Positions 1 through 11,799 of a stretch of DNA of 64,000 bases are shown one piece after another (position 1 is the first letter of the stretch; each line of letters opens with the position of its first letter). The translations under genes were made by a program, and so were the position numbers. A model generated the notes under the pieces. It saw nothing but the letters and a program-made list of their open reading frames with translations, was not told the origin of the DNA and searched no databases. Source of the stretch: Takakia lepidozioides (taxonomy: Eukaryota; Plantae; Bryophyta); assembly GCA_030704615.1 (NCBI GenBank), contig CM060731.1, forward strand, positions 5,022,001 to 5,086,000, written 5' to 3'.

Positions 1-2934
1 TGGCTTCATCACTACGGAAGGACGCACAATTCCATGCACACATCTGGCACAATCATCTGCGCAGAACCAGAACTTGTGGTTCTTGGCTTCTGGTTGACCG
101 TATGGACGCATCAAACCCGTGAAAGTCGGAGCAGGAGTTCGGGCACCACCTCTGGATATATAGTGCACTTCTCAAAATAAGTTGCCCTGATCGCTGTACA
201 TTTCATACGAGACCCTGCACTTGTACATTCTATGTGCCAAACGTGGTCGGGGCATGCGGACTCAAGCACATCAATGGGGTTGTTTCTCTCCTGCACCATT
301 TCATAGGGAGTGTTTGATGCTGGAGCCTGCCGTCGTGTAGGAGGTTCCTCCATAATGGAGGTTCCGGACATGGGGCTGTCATGCAGGGGAACACGAGGCT
401 TCGAGAAGTTATCACGGTCTGCTCTGTGCCAATCGGATTCCGAACCAAGTGGAGTGTTCAATTTCCTCTTACAGGAGCCGAATCTCTCCTCCCCTTCAAG
501 ATGTGGAACTCTGGAAACAAGTGGCGTTCCCTGGGCATACATGCTCACCGCCTCGTGCTATCTTGATTGGATCCCCAGATCTGTTTGCAGCACGCAACAT
601 CAACTCCAATTTGTCCTGACCCTTGCCACCAACCCCACCTCGCAAGAAATCATGGTATCAGGTTTGTTGTTGCAAGGCACGTATCAAATCATCTGTTGTT
701 GCCAAATACAAATCCCGACCTCGTTTCCCAGACTACTGCAACCATGCGTTGTGCACAATTTCTGCCAAATTGCAAGATGGCATGTCCGCCATTTCCTCAA
801 TGGACATGTTGTGCAAAGTGGAGAACCACACTTCAAAACAGTGAACAGGAAACAACATAAAGAAAGCGAGGAGACAATAAAATGAAAAATAAATGTATGA
901 ATAAAACAAGAAATATAAGCCTCGTACCACTGCCATGGCTGCTCCCCACTGTCTGTACCGGAAGTGCCAAAACACCAGCCAATCTTCCAATGCTCTCATA
1001 CTCTCAAGTGATGCAGCTCCAGAAGAGAACCACCAGGCACGAATTGTCTGGAACAAAGTGTCCGCCTCCTTCATTGTTCTAGCATCTTTGTACTCTTTGC
1101 ACAATTTACGGTGCTGAGTCTGCATCTCTGGTTTGATGTCCGACTTTGTATGTTTTTCCAGATATTGTGTCCAATGGAATAGACATGTACGCTCTCTTCC
1201 TCGCATTGGCACTTTTGGGTCGCCCGATCCGAAGACAATACGAACAGCATTGAAATTTGCTTGAGCATTATCCGCCATAAAACCTGTGAAATTTGGAAAT
1301 GGCAGCCCATGACACCTATCAAGGAATTCCACATGAGCTTCTGGGATTCCGTATCATCGGATTGCATGTCACAAACTGCAATTGTCATAACTCGTTGGTA
1401 CACTGGATCGTAGACATGACAAGCCATTGTCGTCAAATCCTTCACTCGTTTCACATGATCAAACATAAGAAAACAGTTCTACAAGTCCCCAGTCTTCTGC
1501 ATCCGCTTCACGAGGCTAACCCCACTGCCCTCCCCAATAGTCGACATTTTGAAAAGAAAAACTTTGATGGCACCTTGACCTGGGAATACATTGTCTTGAA
1601 TGTAGTCGTACTTGCTCACTCGTTTCAACTCCAAAATGTTGTCTATGTAGCCTCTGATACCAGAGCCCATTCTTAATGCATTGATCTGATGCCGAATGTT
1701 AGGTGAAGAAATGATCCATGACCAGGTCCAATGCTGCACCGTCAAGTTTAGTCCCCACAAAATCCCTTTCACTCAAAATATGGTTTTCCAAGAAGGACTT
1801 GCTTGCGCCAAGAGCAATTGCAGATGTTGTTGCGAATGGGTTTCTCCTGTACTCATGTTTAATCAACCTCGATACTGTCTCAACACTCTCCCTGTAATCC
1901 CCCTTCAAGACAGGATGGTTATGGAATCCGAAATGCACACAAGCTCTTGTCATTATTTTCAAACGGTGAACAACATAGTACATTCTTGCTCCGCATAGCG
2001 CCAAGCAGGATGGCACAAGTTTGCAGAATTTGCAGACGAAAGTGTTTGCCGGTGGTGGGGCAGTCCCAGGCTAAAACGGATTTTCCGCCAGACCCTCCCA
2101 TTCGCTTTGATTATGAACCCCAGACTGAAGAAAGTGTCTACAATTCAAATTATCACACCTAAGGTGTCCATTGCAAACTGATCTCCTGAAAACAAGCTTG
2201 TCATCATTTTGAATATTGGATGTTTTTGTTCTGCACCACGGGTGCCCGTCGTGTTTCTTGTCCATTCCATGCATCATGATTGTTACACCTCCAACTCGCG
2301 GAGGAGGAGGCAGCTCAAATAGGATATTGCCATCAAAAGTCTCTGGCAAGAACTTCACAAGCACCTGCTTCAAAGATTCCCAATCAATTCCTCGCAACTC
2401 ACTTTTGAATCCAGCCATTCCTCCCATCGCCCGTAGTTTTGGAATGACACTACAAATCTTTTCTTCATCCGCTTCTCCAACTACAGTAGGAAGGACTGGA
2501 TTTGGAATTTCACTTATGTCATCATCGCACGAATCCGAAAGCTCAACGATTGGAGTGGAGGACGTCTGTTCTTTTTAAACCACCACCTCCCTCTTGTCTA
2601 CAACGACCGAAGCAGCAGTCCCGGGCGTCACATATGATCCAATAGACTTTCGCCGAGGCTCTCCAAGTACTCTGTAACAACCAGGGCACACTCTCCACTG
2701 GCTAACATGAGCCGTCTCATCACGGTTTTGGAAAGAGTATTTCAACAACTTCCCTTTCAAATCATACACCTCTTTCTCCAAAAAGATGGAGCCATTTTGA
2801 AGCTGAAAATGGGTAGCCAAGACGTGTTCCAGAACAATTGCAAATCCATTGTCAAGGACTTCCTGGGAGAACAGCACTGGTTTGTCATCAGAGAAGAACT
2901 TTGCTTCAGAGGAAGCCATCTTCCTTCCTCGCAT
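1..2934 (-). pseudogene. Mutator-superfamily (MULE) DDE transposase with N-terminal WRKY/GCM1-like zinc finger; frameshifted, runs off the window start
   Basis: Overlapping minus-strand ORF pieces (2071-2427, 1699-2016, 1479-1772, 1071-1466, 733-1332) join into one protein. Zn-finger part: HPWCRTKTSN...CNGHLRCDNLNC...CLALCGARMYYV...RACVHFGFHNHP. Catalytic part: MFDHVKR (D1), FMADNAQA (D2), TCLFHW (CxxH signature), CNLAEIVH (E). Several frameshifts and stops. Confidence 0.8.
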
Positions 2935-3780
2935 ACGTTGATACCTTGCTATCGCAGACCTTCAGTGTAAATTTGTTGACTGAGGTCTCCAGAACACTAT
3001 TGAAGAATGAGCAGAGAATATCGTGGAGGAAGCTCAGACGACGACTGTGCATATTCTGTTATTCCTTCCAGATATGCAGCCGTCCATTTTAATTACTATT
3101 TTTTTGGGCCCTGTGGTCAGAGTATCCCTAGGAGCAATGTCGGCAGCTGTTAAACCTTTAATCATAACCTCATCAATAAACACAATAACAAGCCGACTTC
3201 CTGGAAGCATGCCACAGGATCTGAGGGTGGGATAGCAGATTAAGTAAATGCATCTTTATACTACTACCAATGATCATGCGCACCTGGAAAGTTCAAAATG
3301 TGAAACGAACGTGGGGTTGGCTAACAAGGATGAACGTGTATGATATCCCAAAATTTGTCATCAAACACTCGTTCATTTACATATATTTGTCTAAGACTGT
3401 GCGCCAAGATGTCTGAGATTCGCTGTTATTTTAAATTATTAAAACCGTTCTAATAAAGAACACGCCGTTTATTTTGGGCGACACACGTCAGACATCGATA
3501 ACTATATTGAATACGAACAGCTGTATACTAATTGCTGGCAGGTGCACTAATAAGGGAATGAATATGTGTAACGGTCACGCGAGAGGGAATCCGATGCTTC
3601 TAGAGACAAGCCACAACGTACGCAATCCCGCAAGAAATCGGGAGTCACTTTGTCTTTTTAGTTTTTGCGCTTAGAGGGAGAGTGGTAGTCAAGCTAGAGA
3701 TGGTTCCTTCTACAATACGAAAGAGAAGAAAGTCTCTTTATTTTACTTCCCGTAGAGAGAGACGCAAAGCAAGAGAGCAA

Positions 3781-6712
3781 ATGACGAGGCGTCGTTTGTT
3801 GGAGAACACAGGGCCAAGGCAGCAGGTGAACGCGGAGACTGAATCACAAGAGCAGACCGAGAATGAGGCAGCGGCTGTGACACAGTCGGCGATAACAGTG
3901 CGCGTTGGAAACCAACCTGTGGATGCAGAGATGATTCGCAGGGACACTGAAGGAGGTGGAAGTCCGGGGAACGCTAAACCGGGAGAAGGTCTAGAAACAC
4001 TAGAGCAAACAAAAATTCCAGTAGATGTGAGAGGGAAGAGGAAAGCTGCAGAAGGGGATCCAATTTCAAAACCCAAGAAGACGCCAGTAAGTGTTCTCTA
4101 ACTTCCATTTCATGGTTGAAGATCTGCTAAGAGATTGAGTGCAATGTCCCAGAAAGGGATTGTCACTACCAACCATCACCATGAAACAACGGTGATTTGC
4201 TTTGTACTCCTTTGTTAAGGGTTTTCCACACAATGAGTGGGTGACTGACGGTACTGTCATTCACCGTTGTTCAGATCATACAGTCTGTCTGATTGCCTTT
4301 CAAGCAGTCCTTCCTCTTCCCTTCTCTAGCAGGAACCTGTGATTGAAGTCTACTGAAGTGCGAGCATCGTTAACGCCATTCAATTTTCCTCATGAGATTT
4401 ATGTACCTATATGCTTGAAGAGAGAGTGAGGGTCGGCATATTCAGTCATATTGTTTTGCAAAGCATTTTCTTTGTTTGAGGCTGAACAGATAGAGAAGCT
4501 GAAAGGCGGTACCGCCAATCAAAGATTTGGAGACCATACTGTAGATTCAGGTAGAATATCGATTGGAAAGTACTCTCGACATAGACAAGAATCAATGAAT
4601 GCTTGCGACGTTCATCACAATGGAGTCTATGTGAATTATCTGCACTTATTGTCAGCCCTAAACTATACTGAGTGTCAATGCCGCCAATCAGTTACACATA
4701 TCTATGGTCAATGCACAATACCGATGCGATAGGTCCCACTGTTTTGTGATTGTCGTTAACATCGTTCGCTAATGCTCAAAACTGTTCTGTTCATGTTTCC
4801 CTAGAATCATAGTGTTTTGTTTTGCATTCGTTTGGATCAGCTTTGCTTGTGTAGTTGGTTCTGAATTTCTCTGACACCGTTCATTGTGAGTTGAGACGAG
4901 ACAGAGTGATGGTCGTTACCGCCGTTCACTATCTGCACATTACTCACAGTCAGATTTGAATGGCATCGTGCAGAAAACTGTGAAGTCCAAGTCTACAGGA
5001 ATAGAGGGGAAAAGATCTAGAGATGGGGACGAGTCTGGAAAAAACTCAGAGAATAGCGATGAAGCAGATGAATCTGAAGTGCACTACCTTGACAATGTGA
5101 AAGAACTCATATCATTCCAGAAGGTAAACTCTCAGGAGGTTATAAAGGACATGCTCGTATCTGGAGGGCGTCTGGACATCCCTCTATGCCGGATGATATC
5201 TATGCATGTTGTGCGTCCACCTCTTTCCCATGACATAACAAAATTGGAGAGTGATTTCGTGCATGGATACAGACTTGGTGCACAAGTTTTTTATGTGTCA
5301 CTGACGGATACAAATGGGAAAAGCACATTAGTGTCTCCAGAGATCAGAGATGCCTAGGATGAGTGCTGGAAGGATGATAATGAGGAGTTCAAGCTGGGCC
5401 TCATGATGGGAAAGAACACCCAGCAATTCTACAACCACATGTTCTACGTCTGGGACGGCAACCACCGATTGCTGGCATGGATGGGATACATTCAGAAACA
5501 TCATGCGAAAGACAAAGACAAGCATGTTGCTGTGGAGGCAATGGTTTTGGATCCTGGAAACGACATCGCTAGGCTTCTTACAACTATGCACGACGTGAAC
5601 AAGTAAGTCATCCTAGAAACTCCATTCCCTCTTTAGTGTCTTGTTAATCCCACAAAAAAAACAGTGTTAACGAATGCATTGTTTCCAATGTTTTTGCAGA
5701 TCGACAGAGAAATCGCATGTGATAACAAGCTTGGTCCACACACTGTTCCGAATTCAGAGGATTGGACTGATGAAGCTGGATGATTTTCGCACAGTACTCC
5801 ACCCCAATATAATCAAGAAGTACGAAACAGGAAGAGCTGCAGGCACTTGGTATTCTTTGACTCGAGAGACGTTTCTGGAGTACATATATGCGGTAAGCCC
5901 GAGCCTGTACTCAGTTGACTTTTAGAATACATGTTTGTAGTTCGTTCGGTGCTAATCCCTATTTTAATCAATGCAGCAAGAACTGGCAGAGGCAGCTGAG
6001 AAGGGAAAATCCGAATATTACCGCACTACACCAGAGGAACTACATCAAAGGGTGTGGAAGCAGCAATAAAGAAGGAGTTTGAAATGCACAGAACCAAATT
6101 GATGTCCGCCTTTGGAAAGCACCTTAGAATAGTAGATCCTGGACTTGGTGCTGAGTTCCTTCAGCAGATCAAATCTCACTATGACAAGCATGTGCATCCG
6201 GAGATGCAGCAGGAGAAATTGCACCGACTGGCCATATCCATGGTCGACCCCCAAACGAAAATAAGATGGCTGGAGATATGGAACTCAGATCAGACAGTAA
6301 AGGACTTGAATCAGTTCCCAAAGAGCACCATACAGCCTGGCACAAAGGTGGAAAGAATCAGTGATTTGGTGTTTGATAACTGGCTACATTTTTGAGTCAG
6401 GTGTGTATTCAAATAAGCCGTTTTCTTTGCTTCAATTATGTGATGAGTATCTTATTTGCAATACTGAGAAATATACAATTTGCAGCTCGAAAAGCGCGCC
6501 GTCATTATGCTGGATCAGACTTTGAAGGACTTGAACATTTCATTTGTTTCCCCTCCCCAAATGTCATTGGAGGCATACATAAGGAAGTGGAGAGGTCTCA
6601 CCTGGAGATACTGTTTTTTCCGGGAGTTCTCCAAAGATGGTAACATTTTACGGTCCAATGACTTTGACAATCAAGTTGGGGGAGAGTGGGCCATGATGCG
6701 AGTTGTGTACAG
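3781..6712 (+). pseudogene. TE-borne ParB/Sulfiredoxin-like domain gene, copy 1 (exons about 3781-4086, 4974-5602, 5700-5892, 5977-6400, 6486-6712)
   Basis: GT-AG exons match those of copy 3. ParB-like core: RLDIPLCRMISMHVVRPPLSHDITKLESDFVHGY...VFYVS...FYVWDGNHRLLAWMGYI...VEAMVLD. Lesions relative to copy 3: TAG at 5355-5357 (TGG in copy 3), a 4-nt deletion near 6041, an 11-nt deletion near 6385. Confidence 0.8.
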
Positions 6713-6793
6713 GTGCAATATCATACTGGAAACTCTACTGCACTTTTTGGGAAATAATTAGGCTTGATTATTATTGTAATCATAGATCCAAAT

Positions 6794-7562
6794 TGAATGT
6801 AGTTGACGACATTCACTTCTTTGTCTGAGTCATTCTTAAGCGAGAATTTGAATTCACCTGTTTTAGGAGCTTAGGTGTATGTATAGTGTCCCTGATTGGA
6901 ATTTTATGAATGGCATTGACGACATTCACATCCAGAGTTGTTAAGAGGTCCTCAGAGTTATGTAAGTTTTTAATGTCCATAGAGTTTACAGTGAGGGTTC
7001 CTCACTCCAGTTTGCTGAATGTCAATGCCGACATTCAGTTTATCTGCAACGCTTTTGCCTCTTGTGAGAAATCTTGTGGCTTGATTAGCTATGTAATCAG
7101 AGATCCAAAGTGAATGTCGTTGACGACATTCACTTCTATGTCTGTGTCATTCACCAGCGACAATTTGAATTTATTTGGATTATGAGCTTAGGGTGTATTT
7201 ATAGGTTCCTTGATCGGAATTTTGTGAATGGCGTTGATGACATTCACATCCAGTGTTATTATGAGGTCCGCAGTGTTATGTACGTTTTGAATGTCCATTG
7301 AGTTTTTAGGAAGGGTTCCTTACTCGAGTTTTGAATGTCGTTGCCGACATTCAGTTTCCATCCAATGATTTTGCCTCTTTTGAGAAATCATTAGGCTTGA
7401 TTAGCAGTGTATTCACAAATCCAAAGTGAATGTCGTTGACGACATTCACTTCTATGTCTGTATCATTCCAAAGCGAGAGTTTGCATTCACGTGGATTATG
7501 AACTTAGGGTGTATTTGCAGTATCATTGAATGGAATTTTCTGAATCGCGTTGACGACATTCA
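6794..7562. repeat. Intronic array of 8 palindromes, consensus TGAATGTCGT-TG-ACGACATTCA, within an approximately 316-bp three-unit higher-order repeat
   Basis: Copies start at 6794, 6907, 7016, 7111, 7225, 7332, 7427 and 7541 (spacings 113, 109, 95, 114, 107, 95, 114). The copies at 7111 and 7427 are perfect. Confidence 0.95.
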
Positions 7563-7662
7563 TATCCAGAGCTGTCGCGTGGTCATGAGAGCTCCTTAGA
7601 ATAGAGCTGCAGAGAACATTGAAACTCATCATGAAAGCACAAGCAGAAGGGAGAAGACATAC

Positions 7663-7830
7663 CAGCTGACCAGGGAAACCCCCTTTCACAAGGTAGAGGT
7701 TGTTCACACAATTCCATGTGCGCAAAACTTCAAACCCAGAAGACTTCAGGTATGATGCCAATGCCCGACGACTATCTTTGTCATATGACTGAAAAAGCAG
7801 AAGTGTCCCTACATTAGAGAGGAAATTTGA
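7663..7830 (-). pseudogene. Inverted exon fragment of the MTase-like C-terminal domain
   Basis: The minus strand reads SNFLSNVGTLLLFQSYDKDSRRALASYLKSSGFEVLRTWNCVNNLYLVKGGFPGQL followed by a GTATGT donor. It aligns with the exon at 37403-37727 (FFISDDGALLLIH...YLKALG..IIKTWNRVNNLSLTKGDFPSQK|GT). Confidence 0.75.
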
Positions 7831-10800
7831 GTTATAGAGCAGTGGTTGCTGCTCCCCTCACATGAGTGAAGGATGTTCGGCACAGGAAAACCTAGAAAGG
7901 CCTGTGACCTTTTTAGCATTAGGATTAGCATCTGTTGGTCCGTCTATTACCAGAGTGTGGTCCTCTGAGGTTCAGAAAGTATCCAATTTTTTAAATGTCT
8001 CACCATGAACTATGCGATCCTGCGAGTCATGAAGATAGTTACCAGAGTGTGCTCCTCTGAGGTTCAGAATGTATCCAATCTTTTCCGTTGACGCGGGAGC
8101 TGCTCTTTAGCCCTCCCAGGTGCTTCCTGTTTAGGGGCATCTAGGCCCGTCCGAGCTCGAGTCGAGGCCCTAGCATTTAGAACCAAAGTCCTTCCAAGGC
8201 TATGTTAGAATAGGATTATCAAATTGCACCGCGCATATCTCTCTTGCATCATCTAGGGGCTTCGAACCCAATCCGGTGGGGGAGAATGGCGGTTTTAAAG
8301 TATTTTTTATCTGGGAACTCCAACTCTCTCCGAAGAGGGCGAGTCGGGTGGTTTTGAAGTATTTTTTGGCTTTTCATTTTTATTTTTCCCTCCTCTCTCC
8401 CGAAAGAATTGAACTCTCTCCGAAGAGGGAGAACCGAAGGGAAATTACTCTTTATCTTTTTCATGTCACTTAAGAGAGTCGTTGACTCCAAGGGATATCA
8501 GTGATACCGTAGTAAGGGGATTGTGCGAACCAGAGATTCTGAGTTCTTTTACACTCAGGGCGAGTGGTCCCCATTGGTCGTCATATATGTAGATGCATAT
8601 ATTGGTACATATTTCTTTTCAGATCGTTTTTGATCTTAAAGCAGACAGTTAAGGCATTGTACTGCCAAAACAGGGCAGTTTGTGAGTTATCTGGGAATCG
8701 CTGGTAAAGCACGTAGGAATTTAGATTATGTCTGAGACAACCATGGAGGAGCTCTGGCGTCAAAATGGCCGTAGGGAGCTGCATCGACAACGAGTTAGGC
8801 TGTCAATTCGGTACCAGTAACGACAACATGCACATGTTCGAAACAATACATGGCGACTGTTCCAGTCCCGGATTGTGATCTCTCTATTCTCCCGCCTTTC
8901 AAGTCCAGTAGGAGCACGCGGCGAGGAGTCTTGGCAATTGGAGGAAACAATCTGTACAACGATGAAATATCACGACAAAGCAAGTACTGCATCGGAGCAA
9001 ACGATGGGTGAAGGAGCTTCCCGACAAAGTTTTGAACTCCTCAGCGATGCAAAGTGTGTAGGAGGAAACTCCAGATGATCTGTGACCCAGTGGCAGGGCC
9101 AAAGACCCCCTGGGGGCACCACCAGTATTTTTACTGCCTATATGGCGAAACCATGGAAACCAACCAAAGGTGTGGCTTTTCTTCTCCGATTCCCTTGAGA
9201 TTTTGTGGGCAGCTACGGTCCATCTAATTATAATTTGTCACCAAGTTTGAGGATTTTTGGAGGTGATGAGAGACAACATCAAATTATCACGCCGGAGGCA
9301 GTTGCGAAAGGCGATTAAATGGAATTCTAGTTCATTCAATGATGAAATCTGGAAATTCGACCTGCAAGCTGGAGGGATGAAAAGACAACCTAGCGCCAAC
9401 TGGTCATCCATTGGATGGATGAAAAACCAGATTATCATTAACACCAAGGTTTTCCATCCGTGGTTATTATTCTATGGTGTTCTATCGTTTTTTAATTATA
9501 GATTAATGTAGGAAATCATAGTTTAAGACTATCCTTCACTAGTTTAAGAGGCCCCAAAAACACAATAAAAGAAGAGCAGGCTCCTCTTGTTCTTCAATCT
9601 AGTCTCATTTCCTTGTTTTGGCCTTTTGCTTGTGTAGTTAGTTTTGAGCTTGGGGGAGCTAGTTCCTAGAGAGTTGAGCTTGTGGCTCTCTAGTATTAGA
9701 AGCAAGCATGTTGAGAGCATGATAGTCCTAGTTCAAGGCCGTGTGGCCATTTGAGGCAAGAAGTAGAGGGCGCTCCATGAAGTGGGAGACTTGAGGACGA
9801 GTAGGAGTGCCGGAGGAGGACCAAGCTTGAGTACCATTCTACCGAGCGATTTAGTGCATCCCAAGCACCACTTGTTTCAGAGGATGACTTACCATACATT
9901 CTTGACCTTTGAATTCATTCATTTCATTTGTTGTTCAAGCTTTGTCCAAGGAAATGACCTTATAAGCATTGTTTGCTAAAAATCTATAAAACTAACCATC
10001 TTTCAAAGATAATGTGTGTGCATCTCTATGTACATGTGTGAAGAGCACAGGTGTGAAGCCCCAGGAGACAGGGCCATAGGAATCTAACCCAATTACGTCA
10101 GGGAAGTGAGGGTAGATGTCCATTATTATGTTTAAGGAGAGGGCGAGCTTGCATGAAGTGGCAAAGCTCTTGTCAAATTTCCCTTTCTAGCTTAGTGGCG
10201 ACGGCCATATTGCATGAGACGGCAAAGCTATTGCCAAAATTTCCATATTATTACGATCATATCTATGATTCATAAGCCCCCTGGCCATAGAGGACCATAG
10301 GAGGCGTTGCTAACTAACTTATAAGTGGTTAAGCTATTTTGTAGAGGGTTGCCAAAAAGGGCAGAGCCCAGCACTTAAGTGTTGGCGTCTTAGGCACCTT
10401 TGGGTTGGAGATCAACCAAGGAGGTCGCCTAGAATCGCCATGGAGTGGCGCATCTAACACGGGTGGCACGGCCTGCCCCCGTGGGGGGAGTTGACCCCTA
10501 GAGCATAGTACGCTCGCTGGTGCCCTGCGTGGCAGCACCAGGCGCCATAGCTGGGCCCGTGCAGGTACGACACGAGCGGCAGAGATGACAAGCCTGCCTA
10601 TTACCCGTTGGACCCGAGCCGGCAGCGGGCCAGCCATGCCGCGCCACGTAGCGCTGGCCGCGGGGTATCAGTCTTAACCGCTGGGTAATTCGCTGGACCC
10701 CGCCAGGGACTATTGGTCCCTGGATCAGGTATTTTAAGGGGGGTTTTCTCCTTATGCCTTTGATATCTTGTGCACTATTCATGGTATTCTTCTTGCATGA

Positions 10801-11049
10801 GAATAAGGGTGTGTTTTAGTGAAGGATAAGAAATGGTTGGAACCATTGGATGAAGATGACATGTTTCAACTTTGTTCTAGGCTGGTTGCCTGCATAAATT
10901 AATCGTATTATATTGGAAGTAGGTGGAAAAGGTGGGGAATGGACCCTGGGACCCACTGAATGTTTAATCATTGTTTACATACCAGGATGGCGAGCAATTG
11001 AGAAACTAATGGGCAGCAGATACATTCATCCTGGCCCGGTGATGGTTTA

Positions 11050-11331
11050 AGTTGCTAATGTTCAATTCCCTTGCGGACGTTCTTCTATTTCCAAAATCAT
11101 GTCCTAAACCCTAAACCATCCACAAACCTTCCCTTGTTCCTCGGCCGGAATGAATTTGAATGTGGGGGCGATCAAGACGGTTCAAAAAGTAAGGACATAA
11201 GCGCCTTGCAGTGCGCCATCCGTTCCGCGGAAATAGGAGGAGAGGCACGGAATTAGGGCCTGCACACGTGGATGCTTGCTGACGTGGTATGAGCCTGGCC
11301 AGGCTCACAGGCTCACGCGCAAGCATTCCCC
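11050..11331 (-). mobile_element. Transposon terminus (reads GGGGAATGCTTGCGCGTGAGCC... inward)
   Basis: About 280 bp of inverted homology to 56635-56910, ending sharply at the same GGGG. Contains a perfect palindrome GAGCCTGGCCAGGCTC (11291-11306) and GTGAGCCT repeats. Confidence 0.75.
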
Positions 11332-11799
11332 ATCCCTTTGCCTGGCCCCCTTGGATCTCTCCATTCTGTCCCCTCCAGTGGACCTGAGCTCTTGCTCACG
11401 GCCTCTTCTCATCCCGCTTTTTATTTTCTTCAAGGATAGCTCCACTTCGGGCTGTGTCCTGGCTGCTGACTCTGTTGCTGCTTCCACTACGTTGCTTGCT
11501 TTAAGATGCCCTCCAGCCTGTTCGATCAGTGAGGCCTTGCTTTTCATGTCTGTCTTTCTTCAAGTTCATTTGCAGTTTTTTTTTTTCAATTTCTTCTATT
11601 GAAGACATTGTTCACCCCAGTTTTGTTGACTCTCATTCTCGCCCTAACCGTGTGCCTATTTGGTTTGTGGGTTCCTTGAAAGTTTCGGCTCCATCCGGTT
11701 TCAAATGGGTGCCTTCTCCTGGCCTCTTCCTGTCAACCCCCAACTGATGTTTAAAGTGAGTCCCCTCTAGCCATCAAATCGTGATCCAATCACGGGCTT

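Larger units (their letters stand above)
1..11331. mobile_element. Decayed MULE-like element A: transposase (-) and divergent ParB/MTase-like gene (+), with its right terminus at 11331
   Basis: The transposase and second gene lie head-to-head. The terminus at 11050-11331 is homologous to 56635-56910 and sits on the same (3') side of the ParB-like gene in both copies. The 8-11 kb interval looks like inserted or unrelated DNA. The left end is outside the window. Confidence 0.6.

Noticed and set aside
6794-7562. CRISPR array (palindromic repeats at regular spacing; also 58199-58826 and 62789-63510)
   Set aside because: Spacers are about 70-90 bp or longer and, in copies 1 and 3, recur with period three (about 316-bp unit) instead of being unique. 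The arrays lie in spliceosomal introns and no cas genes are present.
8100-10950. LTR or leader region of a retrotransposon inserted in element A
   Set aside because: The composition and short repeats look TE-like, but I found no paired LTR, convincing PBS or coding motif.
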